Under the pieces are notes generated by a model. The model was not told the DNA's origin and did no database searches. It saw only the letters and a list, made by a program, of their open reading frames with translations. Source: Kofleriaceae bacterium (GTDB lineage Bacteria; Myxococcota_A; Polyangia; Haliangiales; Haliangiaceae). Taken from it: DNA of 64,000 nt. Both the position numbers and the translations under genes were made by a program. Positions 29,575 through 38,221 of this stretch are shown here, one piece after another. The stretch covers positions 185,848-249,847 of the forward strand of contig CBDCCZ010000049.1 of assembly GCA_965215005.1 (NCBI GenBank), written 5' to 3'. How positions within the stretch are numbered: position 1 is the first letter of the stretch; the number at the start of each line of letters is the position of its first letter.

Positions 29575-29740
29575 AGCGGCGGGGCGGCAGCGAGAAGTAG
29601 CCTCCCGCCGGAGCAGCCAGCCGGTAGAGCAGCGAGTACACACGCTCGCGCCAGACCATCATGCTCGTATCGCTGGATAGGCGGAGGGTCTCGTGAGCCG
29701 ATGACGAACGTCGCCTCGTCCACCCTCTCGGCAAACTCCT
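29575..29740 (-). pseudogene. C-terminal fragment of a Kup-family potassium transporter
   Basis: With one frameshift near 29696 it reads ATFVIG/HETLRLSSDTSMMVWRERVYSLLYRLAAPAGGYFSLPPRR, matching the Kup C-terminal pattern (F..HE.L...WRE.L...L.R.A.....F.LPP.R). Confidence 0.6.
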
Positions 29741-29744
29741 CGTG

Positions 29745-29912
29745 GTTGCGCAGCGCCCCACCACGTCGAAGCGCCCGATCATCGTCCGCGTCGACGAGGA
29801 GGCGGGCCACGGTGTCGGCTCCACGCGCGACCAGCGCGCGAACCTGTACGCCGATAGCTGGGCGTTCTTGCCGTCGCAGATTGGGTCCCCGAGCATCGAT
29901 TCACAGCAGTAG
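29745..29912 (+). pseudogene. C-terminal fragment of a prolyl oligopeptidase (S9A)
   Basis: TTSKRPIIVRVDEEAGHGVGSTRDQRANLYADSWAFL contains the catalytic-His motif AGHG and terminal AD..AFL; no upstream gene body. Confidence 0.7.
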
Positions 29913-30066
29913 CGTCCACGGGGAACGGCGCCTTACGGGACTCTGGGACAGATGGCGTCTCTGTGGCGATGCTCCGCTGCCGCCAGGACTGTCGATTGCC
30001 CCGTGGGAGTTGGTCCTATAAACCGGCCGTATACAGCGCTCGTACGGCCTCATTGGCGGCAGCGGC

Positions 30067-30291
30067 TTGGCGAGGCTGTCGCCGTTTCGGGGACGCATCG
30101 CGCTGGCAGCGCTGGCCGTGCTGGCGACGTGGGAAGTCGCCATGCTGGCTCATGCGAAGTTCTCGGCACCTGGCAATGACGACTGGCGTAGCGCCGCGGC
30201 GCGAACGTGACGAGCTCGCGCCCGGCGACCTCGTCACGTTCGCCCGCGCGGGGTCCGCCCTAAGGACCGCATGTGGTTCGGCGACATGCTG
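30067..30291 (+). pseudogene. Frameshifted 5' fragment of a membrane-anchored hypothetical protein
   Basis: IALAALAVLATWEV...DDWRSAAAR / RDELAPGDLVTFA / RMWFGDML read across frame changes. Confidence 0.4.
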
Positions 30292-30380
30292 TTCATCTCG
30301 GAGGAAACCAATCCGAAACCGACCGAGGTGCAGCTCGAGCACCCACGCTTGCCGCATGCTAGGACGCCGCAACGCTTGGG

Positions 30381-30570
30381 GTGGGCGTCAGCGGTGACAA
30401 GGCAGGGAAGCCGCAGCTCAGGTTGATGCTCACGGAAGTCGAGGAGAAGCCGCGGCTCGAAGCGCTTCCCGACGAGCCTGTCGCGGAGGTTCGAGAGGTC
30501 AACTTGTGCGGGAAACAGTGCGTTGACGGCCGCGACAGGAAGCAAGTTGAGCGCCTGGCCCGCTACATCC
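30381..30570 (+). mobile_element. IS91-family-like (rolling-circle, Y2) transposase remnant
   Basis: EVNLCGKQCVDGRDRKQVERLARYI resembles the conserved 'F.LHA...V...DR..LERL.RY' segment of IS91-like transposases. Confidence 0.55.
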
Positions 30571-30601
30571 CGTATGCATCGACACAGCGACGGCGGAGCG
30601 T

Positions 30602-32173
30602 TCAAGGCCCGGTGGCGCACGAGAACGTCAGCCAACGATCCACGCCGATCGCGCTGGCGTCGTCGCCGCAGCCGTTGGTGACGACGAGGTCGAGTCGGCC
30701 GTCGCCGTCGAGATCCACCGTCGTCCACTCGTAGTCCGCGGTCGTCGAGCCGCCTCCGCAGAAGTCGCGGCCTCCGATCCTTTCGAAGCGCGGGAAGCCG
30801 GTGGACGGAAGCGCCCACATCGTCGGGCCCGGCGCGAAGCCTCCGGTGGTGCCCGCGTACACCAGCCAGTGGTCCCTGCCCGCCGGGTCGTCGTCGCCGC
30901 AGCCGTTGGTGACGACGAGGTCGAGTCGGCCGTCGCCGTCGAGATCCACCGTCGTCCACTCGTAGTCCGCGGTCGTCGAGCCGCCTCCGCAGAAGTCGCG
31001 GCCTCCGATCCTTTCGAAGCGCGGGAAGCCGGTGGACGGAAGCGCCCACCTCGTCGGGATCGGCGCGAAGCCTCCGGTGGTGCCCGCGTACACCAGCCAG
31101 TGGTCCCTGCCCTCCGGGTCGTCGTCGCCGCAGCCGTTGGTGACGACGAGGTCGAGTCGACCGTCGCCGTCGAGATCCACCGTCGTCCACTCGTAGTCCG
31201 CGGTCGTCGAGCCGCCTCCGCAGAAGTCGCGACCCCCAATCGTGTCGAAGCGCGGGAAGCCAGTGGACGGAAGCGCCCACATCGTCGGCCTCGACGCGAA
31301 GCCTCCGGTGGTGCCCGCGTATACCAGCCAGTGGTCCCTGCCCGCCGGGGCGTCGTTGCCGCAGCCGTTGGTGACGACGAGGTCGAGTCGACCGTCGCCG
31401 TCGAGATCCACCGTCGTCCACTCGTAGTCCGCGGTCGTCGAGCCGCCCCCGCAGAAGTCGCGGCCCCCAATCGTGTCGAAGCGCGGGAAGCCGGTGGACG
31501 GAAGCGCCCACATCGTCGGCCTCGACGCGAAGCCTCCGGTGGTGCCCGCGTACACCAGCCAGTGGTCCCTGCCCGCCGGGTCGTCGTCGCAGCAGCCGTT
31601 GGTGACGACGAGGTCGAGTTGACCGTCGCCGTCGAGATCCACCGTCGTCCACTCGTAGTCCGCGGTCGTCGAGCCGCCCCCGCAGAAGTCGCGGCCCCCA
31701 ATCGTGTCGAAGCGCGGGAAGCCGGTGGACGGAAGCGCCCACATCATCGGGCGCGGCGCGAAGCCTCCGGTGGTGCCCGCGTACCGCAGCCAGTGGTCCC
31801 TGCCCGCCGGGTCGTCGTCGCCGCAGCCGTTGGTGACGACGAGGTCGAGTTGACCGTCGCCGTCGAGATCCACCGTCGTCCACTCGTAGTCCGCGGTCGT
31901 CGAGCCGCCTCCGCAGAAGTCGCGGCCTCCGATCCTTTCGAAGCGAGGGAAGCCGGACGGAAGCGCCCAGGGCCGCTGCGCTCCGTCAAAGCGGTCGCAG
32001 CGGGACACAGGCACGCCGCCGTCACGTGCGTCATCGCGCCCACCGTCGCTGGACGGGACGGTCGGGTCGGGGTCCCCGAGACGCTCCTCCACATCACATC
32101 CGGCCGCGCTCGCAGCCACGAAAACCGCGGTCGCGTATATCGTTTTGGACCGTCTCGACGAATGAACCGACAT
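30602..32173 (-). CDS. FG-GAP/VCBS-type repeat lipoprotein (six 77-aa repeats, probable beta-propeller)
   Basis: AGGAGG RBS before ATG 32173; lipobox AAGC; each repeat carries VDLDGDG(Q/R)LDLVV and a Cys pair. Confidence 0.85.
   Translation of the reverse strand: MSVHSSRRSKTIYATAVFVAASAAGCDVEERLGDPDPTVPSSDGGRDDARDGGVPVSRCDRFDGAQRPWALPSGFPRFERIGGRDFCGGGSTTADYEWTTVDLDGDGQLDLVVTNGCGDDDPAGRDHWLRYAGTTGGFAPRPMMWALPSTGFPRFDTIGGRDFCGGGSTTADYEWTTVDLDGDGQLDLVVTNGCCDDDPAGRDHWLVYAGTTGGFASRPTMWALPSTGFPRFDTIGGRDFCGGGSTTADYEWTTVDLDGDGRLDLVVTNGCGNDAPAGRDHWLVYAGTTGGFASRPTMWALPSTGFPRFDTIGGRDFCGGGSTTADYEWTTVDLDGDGRLDLVVTNGCGDDDPEGRDHWLVYAGTTGGFAPIPTRWALPSTGFPRFERIGGRDFCGGGSTTADYEWTTVDLDGDGRLDLVVTNGCGDDDPAGRDHWLVYAGTTGGFAPGPTMWALPSTGFPRFERIGGRDFCGGGSTTADYEWTTVDLDGDGRLDLVVTNGCGDDASAIGVDRWLTFSCATGP
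30660..31970. repeat. Six near-identical 231-bp tandem repeats
   Basis: The marker gaagcgccca recurs at 30808, 31039, 31270, 31501, 31732 and 31960 (spacing 231, 231, 231, 231, 228). Confidence 0.97.
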
Positions 32174-32289
32174 TACTCCTCCTGACATGTAGGACACGCC
32201 GAGGCTACGCCGAAGTATCCGTTCACGTCCCTACTTTTTCCGTCGCGAAAGGGATCGACGGGCGGATCCGATAATCATCTAACGTCGAG

Positions 32290-32680
32290 GTGACGGTTGG
32301 CGACGAGCTTGATCATCAGCGGGATCGCGAAGCGCTGATATCATCGCTCGAGACGGCGCTGGCTGAGCGCGATACTCACCTGGCTGAGCGCGAGGCCCAG
32401 ATCGCGGCGCTGGCCGAGCAGGTCGCGAAGCTCACCAAGCTTGTCCACAACTCGAAGAACTCATCCCTGCCGTCGAGCGACGAGCCGGGCGCGGGCGGCG
32501 CGGCGAGCGGCCGGCGGTCGAAGCCGGGGCGCAAGCGCGGCGGTCAGAATGGGTATCGCGGCAAGGCATCGCGAGATACTGCCGCCCGAGCGAGTCGACA
32601 CGTTCGCCGACCTGTTCCCTCGGGTGTGCCTAGGTTGCTCGTCCAAGCTCACGCAGTGCCGGGTAGACGAGTTCAATTGA
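32290..32680 (+). mobile_element. IS66-family transposase N-terminal remnant (frameshifted, truncated)
   Basis: Coiled coil, then NSKNSSLPSSD...RKRGGQNGYRG and, in another frame, REILPPERVD...DLFPRVCLGC; typical IS66 TnpC N-terminus; ends at the MerR repeat boundary. Confidence 0.8.
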
Positions 32681-32711
32681 TGGGCATAGCTGAGCCGCTT
32701 TGGCTCGCTGG

Positions 32712-33560
32712 TTAGCTGGAGGTGTCGCCAGCGTCTTCGGGGAGATCGCGCTCGTCGCGGGGCGCTGCGGCCGCGTGCAGCTCGGGAATCAATAGTTTCT
32801 CGCGCATCGCGACCACGAGCCGCTCGCCAAGCGAGGTGGCCTGGCGGGCGATGTCTTCGAGGCTCATGGGCGGCAAGCTAGCCCCCTCGAGCACGCGACG
32901 ACGAAACAGCTCGATCTCCACACGGACCAGCGTGCGTACAGCAGCCACATACGGCTCAAGGATCGGCATCGGAAACAGCTCGCCCATGCCGTTTTCTCGA
33001 ACTTGCGAGATGACCTCGAGCACCTCGAGCTCGGCGCCGCGATAGACGTGCTCGTCGGTGGCGGCAACCTCGATGAGCCCGAGAGCCTCGAGCGCCGCGA
33101 CGTCATCCGCTGACACGGCGAGCTTGGCGAGCACCTCGCCGCGGGTGCGGCTGGGCTCGGCGCTGTCGTCGCCGCGGCGGCGGCGGGCTTCGTTGCTACC
33201 GGCGCGAATGGCCGGCTCGAGCGAGCCGAGCTGCGCGCGCTCGATGGCATCGAGGTCGCCGCGAATCTCCGAGCTGGGCGGCGGCTCGAGGAGGTCGCTG
33301 ATGATCTTGAGCGGCAAGAATCGCGTCTGCTGCAGCTCTTTGATGACCTTCACGCGCTCGGCGAGCCGGGCGTCGTAGTAGGCCATGTTGCGACTGGTGC
33401 GTCGCTCGGGCCCGGGCAGCAGCCCCTCGCGCATGTAGTGCTTGATGGTGGGTGTGGGCACCCCCGACAGCCGCGCAAGGTCCGATATCTTTACCAGCTC
33501 GGACGAGGTGTCGCGGCGAGAGCGCCGGCCGTTTCCAGGAGCAGTTCGCGAGGGGGGCAC
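32712..33560 (-). CDS. MerR-family transcriptional regulator
   Basis: VKISDLARLSGVPTPTIKHYMREGLLP...TSRNMAYYD...IKELQQTRFLPLKII. Confidence 0.9.
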   Translation of the reverse strand: MPPSRTAPGNGRRSRRDTSSELVKISDLARLSGVPTPTIKHYMREGLLPGPERRTSRNMAYYDARLAERVKVIKELQQTRFLPLKIISDLLEPPPSSEIRGDLDAIERAQLGSLEPAIRAGSNEARRRRGDDSAEPSRTRGEVLAKLAVSADDVAALEALGLIEVAATDEHVYRGAELEVLEVISQVRENGMGELFPMPILEPYVAAVRTLVRVEIELFRRRVLEGASLPPMSLEDIARQATSLGERLVVAMREKLLIPELHAAAAPRDERDLPEDAGDTSS

Positions 33561-34002
33561 TGCCGGAACGTAACGTAGGTTCCCCTCCCGCGCAAAGTAG
33601 AAAGTGGAACTTGCGGCTGGGGCAGCCTGCGAGAAATCCCTTTTCTATCAGTGAATTACCTCAACTTGGCGGCAACACGAGACGGCGCTGAGCGCGGTCG
33701 GCAGTGACCATATGCACCATGACGATGACGGTGCCGACTGTGTAGTCGGCGACGACGTTGCCGACGCGTTCGACGACGTTGCCGACGCGTTCGATGAAGC
33801 GAATCATCCGGCCAGTTTCACCGGCGCTGGTTTCGCGGCGTTTTCCGCCGCGTGAATGTTTGGCAACGGCAGCCGGCGACCAAAGGCGCGCCGCCCTTTG
33901 CCCCGGCGTGTCTTGCCCCAGCCGCAGCTTTTTTCGCGGTACAATGGGTATTCGGACGCACGACCTCTTTTGGGGGAGTCCCGCAGATAGCTGCGCCTAA
34001 CG

Positions 34003-34929
34003 ATGCCCAAGAAGCGAAAGCTTTCCCGCGCCGAAACCCTGCGCGTGCCGTCGATCGAAGCGCCAAGGGAAGCCGCGCGCCGCATCGGAGCGCTGCTGGT
34101 GGTGCAAGGCGCCGACGCCGATCTCGGCCGGCAAGTCGTGTGCAACCAGCCGGTGACCATCGGCCGCGACGATGAAGCCGAGCTAGCGCTTTGCGACGGC
34201 TCGATTTCGCGCCGGCACTGCCGCGTCGAGCGCGACGAAGAAACTGGCTATTACATGCTCGTCGACCTCGGCTCCACCAACGGCACCTCGGTCAACGAGC
34301 ATCGCGTCGAGGGCCGCTATCCGCTCACCACCGGCGACAAGATCTTCCTAGGCGCCTCGGTGCTGCGCTTCACCCTCTCCGACCCCGTGGATCTCGAGTA
34401 CGAATCGCGCGTCACCGAGCTGGTCACGACGGATCCGCTCACCGGTCTCGGCAGCCGACGCCACTATGACGTCACCTTTCCCGCGTTGGCCGATCGCGCC
34501 GCCGAGGAGCACGCCGAGCTAGCGATGCTGGTGATGGATCTCGACGGCATCAAGAGCATCAACGATCGCTTCGGTCACGAGATGGGTGGCTTTGCCATCT
34601 GCGAGGCGGCGGGCCTGGTTCACGACGTGCTCGCCGCCGAGGAAGGCACCGTCTGCCGCTTTGGTGGCGACGAGTTCGTCGCGTTCTTCTTTGGCGTATC
34701 GCGGCGTCGCGCCTGTCGTCTGGCCGAAGCAGTGCGGGATCGAATCGCCAATCACGTCTTCGAGCGCGAGGGCGTGCGAGTCGAGCCGACGATCTCCATC
34801 GGCGTGGCCGCGTATCCCGAAGACGTCGATGATCCGCGCGAGCTGTTTGCGGTTGCCGACGAGGCTCTCTATCGCGCCAAGCGCGCCGGCCGTAATCGCG
34901 TCGCTACGCCGGCCAGCACGCTCTATTGA
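34003..34929 (+). CDS. FHA-domain diguanylate cyclase
   Basis: FHA motifs IGR, SRRHC, DLGSTNGT; DGC motifs DPLTGL, DLDGIKSINDRFGHEMG, RFGGDEF, ADEALYRAKRAGRN. Confidence 0.92.
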   Translation: MPKKRKLSRAETLRVPSIEAPREAARRIGALLVVQGADADLGRQVVCNQPVTIGRDDEAELALCDGSISRRHCRVERDEETGYYMLVDLGSTNGTSVNEHRVEGRYPLTTGDKIFLGASVLRFTLSDPVDLEYESRVTELVTTDPLTGLGSRRHYDVTFPALADRAAEEHAELAMLVMDLDGIKSINDRFGHEMGGFAICEAAGLVHDVLAAEEGTVCRFGGDEFVAFFFGVSRRRACRLAEAVRDRIANHVFEREGVRVEPTISIGVAAYPEDVDDPRELFAVADEALYRAKRAGRNRVATPASTLY

Positions 34930-34949
34930 GCCGCTGGCCGGGCTCGCGT

Positions 34950-36275
34950 CTAATCGAGCTCTTCGCTGGGATCGACGGGGCGAAAGACAATGCCGCTGGC
35001 GATCTTGGGATAAAAGAACGTCGACTTTTGCGGCATCACCTCGCCGGCGTCTGCCACTGCCTTGACCTGCTCGACCGGGGTCGGCTGCATCACGAAGCAG
35101 ACCTGTCCTTCGCCAGCGGCGGTGCGGCGGAAGGCATCGCCGGTGTCCTTGACGTACTTGATATGGGTTTGCGCCGCCTGCGCTTCGGCGTCGATGCCGA
35201 GCAAGCGATCGATGACCAACGTGTGGAGAATGGTCACGTCGAGCCGGGTGAGCGCCCCCCCGCCAGTGACGCCTAGGCTCGCCAAATCGAGATTTGCACG
35301 CAAGCGAAACAGCATCGCGTCATCGCGCTCGGGAAAGATGGCAGCAAAGCTGGTGTGCGTGGTGGAAGCCGCCGCAATCTCCCGACGCACAAGCTCGGGA
35401 TCACGGGCGCCGCCGGCGATGGCGGTGACGTCGAAGAGCTCGTCGGCGCGCTTGAGCAGCTCCTCGGGTGAGAATGCGTTCAGGCCGTGCAGCAAACGAT
35501 GCGTCGGCAACACCACCAGGCCCGAGTCGTTCATGTTGCAGAGAAACAACGTGCCGAAATGCGCCGACGAGCGCGGCGCCAGCGAGCCAGCAGCGGCGGC
35601 CAGCTCGTCACGCCACGCCAACATGGTCTCGTAGCGATGATGGCCATCGGCGATGTAGATCGTCGCCTGCGCCAGCACCTTCTGATACGCGCCGATGATC
35701 TCCCGGTCGGTCACCCGCCATACTCGATGCCGCGTGCCGTCGTCGGTGACGCCGTCCAAAAAGGGCGCCGCGGCTTCGGCGTCGGCGAAGATGCGATCGC
35801 TCTCGCCGGCGGGGTCGCCGTACATGCCGAAGACCTGCGAGGTGTGCGCTCGCGTGGCGCGCATGAGCTCGAGACGGTCGATCTTGGGGCCCTTGAGGGT
35901 GCGCTCGTGCGGCAAGATCACGCGCTCATCGAACCGGTGCAGCTTGACTGCCGCGATGGTTCCACGACGGGTGACGGTTTGACCGAGGTCGGCGTGCTCG
36001 AAGATTTGATGATAGCGATACAGCGCCGGGCGCTGATCTCGCTGTAGCACCCCGCGCTCGAGCCAGTTTTTCAGCTTTGTTGCGGCGTCCTGATACTTGT
36101 CCGCGGCATTGCCGGCCTCGGGCAAGATCACGTGCACGCAGTTGTGCTCGCTCTTGGCTGCGAGCGCCGCGCGTCCCGCATCGTCGATGACGTCGTAGGG
36201 AGGCGCCAGCACCGCTTCGGGAGCTACCGCGTCGGGGTCGTAAACGATTCCGCGAAAGGGAAGTACCTCGGCCAT
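34950..36275 (-). CDS. DUF1015-family protein
   Basis: PFRG..., APPYDVI, ILPHERT, IADGHHRYET, MPQKSTFFYPK. Confidence 0.9.
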   Translation of the reverse strand: MAEVLPFRGIVYDPDAVAPEAVLAPPYDVIDDAGRAALAAKSEHNCVHVILPEAGNAADKYQDAATKLKNWLERGVLQRDQRPALYRYHQIFEHADLGQTVTRRGTIAAVKLHRFDERVILPHERTLKGPKIDRLELMRATRAHTSQVFGMYGDPAGESDRIFADAEAAAPFLDGVTDDGTRHRVWRVTDREIIGAYQKVLAQATIYIADGHHRYETMLAWRDELAAAAGSLAPRSSAHFGTLFLCNMNDSGLVVLPTHRLLHGLNAFSPEELLKRADELFDVTAIAGGARDPELVRREIAAASTTHTSFAAIFPERDDAMLFRLRANLDLASLGVTGGGALTRLDVTILHTLVIDRLLGIDAEAQAAQTHIKYVKDTGDAFRRTAAGEGQVCFVMQPTPVEQVKAVADAGEVMPQKSTFFYPKIASGIVFRPVDPSEELD

Positions 36276-36341
36276 GGCGCGCAGGGTAATACAGCGGCGC
36301 GCAGGGGAACACAGCGGCGCGCCGCCGAAACGCCTTCGGTA

Positions 36342-36965
36342 CTAGCGACGCAACGTAGTTGCTAAGGCGCTGCTCACGTCGACGGGACCGCTGCGCAACA
36401 GCGTCCAGTGGCCATCGCGCTCGAGCGCGACCACGGTGGAGGCAACGAGGTCCGTTGCCGGTCCGGCATCGAGGTACACCGCGACGCGGTCGCCGAAGTA
36501 GTTGCGCGCCTGCGCGATGGTGAGCGCCGGGTCGGCACCGGAGGGATTGGCGCTGGTAGCGGTGATCGGTGCACCAACGGCCGCGGCGAGCCGCACCGGC
36601 CAAGGATGACTCGACACCCGCACGCCGACGCCGCCGCCGGGGCCGATCAACATCGCGGGCAGCGCTGGCGCGGCAGGCACCACGAGCGTGAGCGGGCCCG
36701 GCCAAAACTGTGCGGCCAACGCCGCGGCCGCGTCGGGCCACACGCTGGCCACAGACGCGGCTTGCGCAACGTCGGCAGCAATCAGGGCAAACGGCGCGCG
36801 AGCGTCGCGTCCTTTGAGCGCTGCGAGTGCCGCGAGCGCCGCCGGCGAGCGGATGTCGGCGGCGAGCCCGTAGGTGGTCTCGGTGGGGATACAGACCAAG
36901 GCGCCGCCTGCGAGCGCATCCCGCGCCGCGCCGAGCTGCGCCTCAACCGACACCACGTCCGTCAT
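36342..36965 (-). CDS. tsaC: L-threonylcarbamoyladenylate synthase (YrdC/Sua5)
   Basis: [31 protein letters not shown]. Confidence 0.92.
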   Translation of the reverse strand: MTDVVSVEAQLGAARDALAGGALVCIPTETTYGLAADIRSPAALAALAALKGRDARAPFALIAADVAQAASVASVWPDAAAALAAQFWPGPLTLVVPAAPALPAMLIGPGGGVGVRVSSHPWPVRLAAAVGAPITATSANPSGADPALTIAQARNYFGDRVAVYLDAGPATDLVASTVVALERDGHWTLLRSGPVDVSSALATTLRR

Positions 36966-38212
36966 CGGGTTTTGTCTCGGGCGCCGATATCGCGCCGCAG
37001 CTGCATGCCATCGAAGTGAATCGCGGCGACCGCGGCATAGGCGCGCTCGCGCGCCGCTTGCGTATCGTCACCAAGCGCGGTCACGCCGAGCACGCGCCCG
37101 CCAGCGGTCATCAGCCCTTGTGGGGTGGTCGCGGTGCCGGCGTGGAATACCACCGCGCCTTCCCGTTCCGCGGCCTCGATGCCGCTGATGACCACGCCGG
37201 TCTCGGCGCTCGCTGGATAGCCGCGCGAGGCGAGGATGACGCAGACAGCGGCGCGCTCATCCCACGCCAGCGGCTCCGCCGGCAGCTGGCCGCACGCAGC
37301 ACCATGGAGCCAACGGCCGAGATCGCTGGTAAGCCGCGCCATCACCGGCTGGGTCTCAGGGTCGCCGAAGCGACAGTTGTACTCGAGCAACCACGGCGTG
37401 CCGTCGCCATCGATCATCAAGCCGGCATACAGGACGCCGCGATAGTCGATGCCTTCGGCGCGCAAGCCACGCAGCGTCGGCGTAAAAATTTCGACACACG
37501 CTCGATCGATCAACGCCTGGCTCGCCCACGGCGTTGGCGACACCGTACCCATGCCGCCGGTGTTGGGGCCAACGTCGCCCTCGCCTATCGCCTTGTGATC
37601 CTCGGCCGGCGCTAGCAGCGCAAATCGCTCGCCGTCGGTGAGTGCCATCAGCGACAGCTCGAAGCCGACGAGGCGCTTCTCGATGACGATGCGTGCCCCG
37701 GCGGGGCCGAACGCGCCGCCCTCGAGCATGTCGCGCGCCGCTGCGCGCGCCGCTGCCGCGCTGTCGCATACCACCACGCCCTTGCCGGCAGCCAAGCCAT
37801 CGGCTTTCACCACCACCGCGTCGCCGAGACGCTCGATCGCCGCCTCGGCCTCGGCCATGGTCGAGCAGGCTGAAAAATCAGCTGTGCGAATGCCGTGGCG
37901 CGCAAAGAACGCCTTGGAAAAACTCTTCGACCCCTCGAGCTGAGCGCCATCGGCACCAGGGCCAAACACAGCGATACCTCGCTCTCGCAGCCGATCGGCC
38001 AGTCCATCGACCAGCGGCGCCTCAGGCCCCACCACCACCAGCTCCACCGCTTCGCGCTCGGCGAGCTCGACCACGTCGGCACTCGCGACGCAGCACGCGA
38101 GGCCGCGGATGCCGGGATTTCCGGGCACGCACACCAGCTCGTGACCGTGCTTAGCCAGCTGCCAAACCAGCGCGTGCTCACGCCCACCGCCGCCAACGAC
38201 GAGGATTTTCAT
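36962..38212 (-). CDS. purD: Phosphoribosylamine--glycine ligase
   Basis: [40 protein letters not shown]. Confidence 0.97.
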   Translation of the reverse strand: MKILVVGGGGREHALVWQLAKHGHELVCVPGNPGIRGLACCVASADVVELAEREAVELVVVGPEAPLVDGLADRLRERGIAVFGPGADGAQLEGSKSFSKAFFARHGIRTADFSACSTMAEAEAAIERLGDAVVVKADGLAAGKGVVVCDSAAAARAAARDMLEGGAFGPAGARIVIEKRLVGFELSLMALTDGERFALLAPAEDHKAIGEGDVGPNTGGMGTVSPTPWASQALIDRACVEIFTPTLRGLRAEGIDYRGVLYAGLMIDGDGTPWLLEYNCRFGDPETQPVMARLTSDLGRWLHGAACGQLPAEPLAWDERAAVCVILASRGYPASAETGVVISGIEAAEREGAVVFHAGTATTPQGLMTAGGRVLGVTALGDDTQAARERAYAAVAAIHFDGMQLRRDIGARDKTR

Positions 38213-38221
38213 AACGCTCCG

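Noticed and set aside
29160..29810. 216-aa ORF as a genuine new gene
   Set aside because: It is a chimera reading through antisense S9A, off-frame Kup and MerR-duplicate fragments.
30602..32173. 231-bp repeats as a CRISPR array or diversity-generating retroelement target
   Set aside because: Units are contiguous in-frame coding repeats with no unique spacers; differences are not adenine-specific; no cas or reverse transcriptase gene is in the window.
30234..32185. Long alternative-frame ORFs over the repeat gene (549, 357 and 438 aa)
   Set aside because: Shadow ORFs produced by a stop-free GC-rich unit repeated six times; Arg-rich low-complexity translations.
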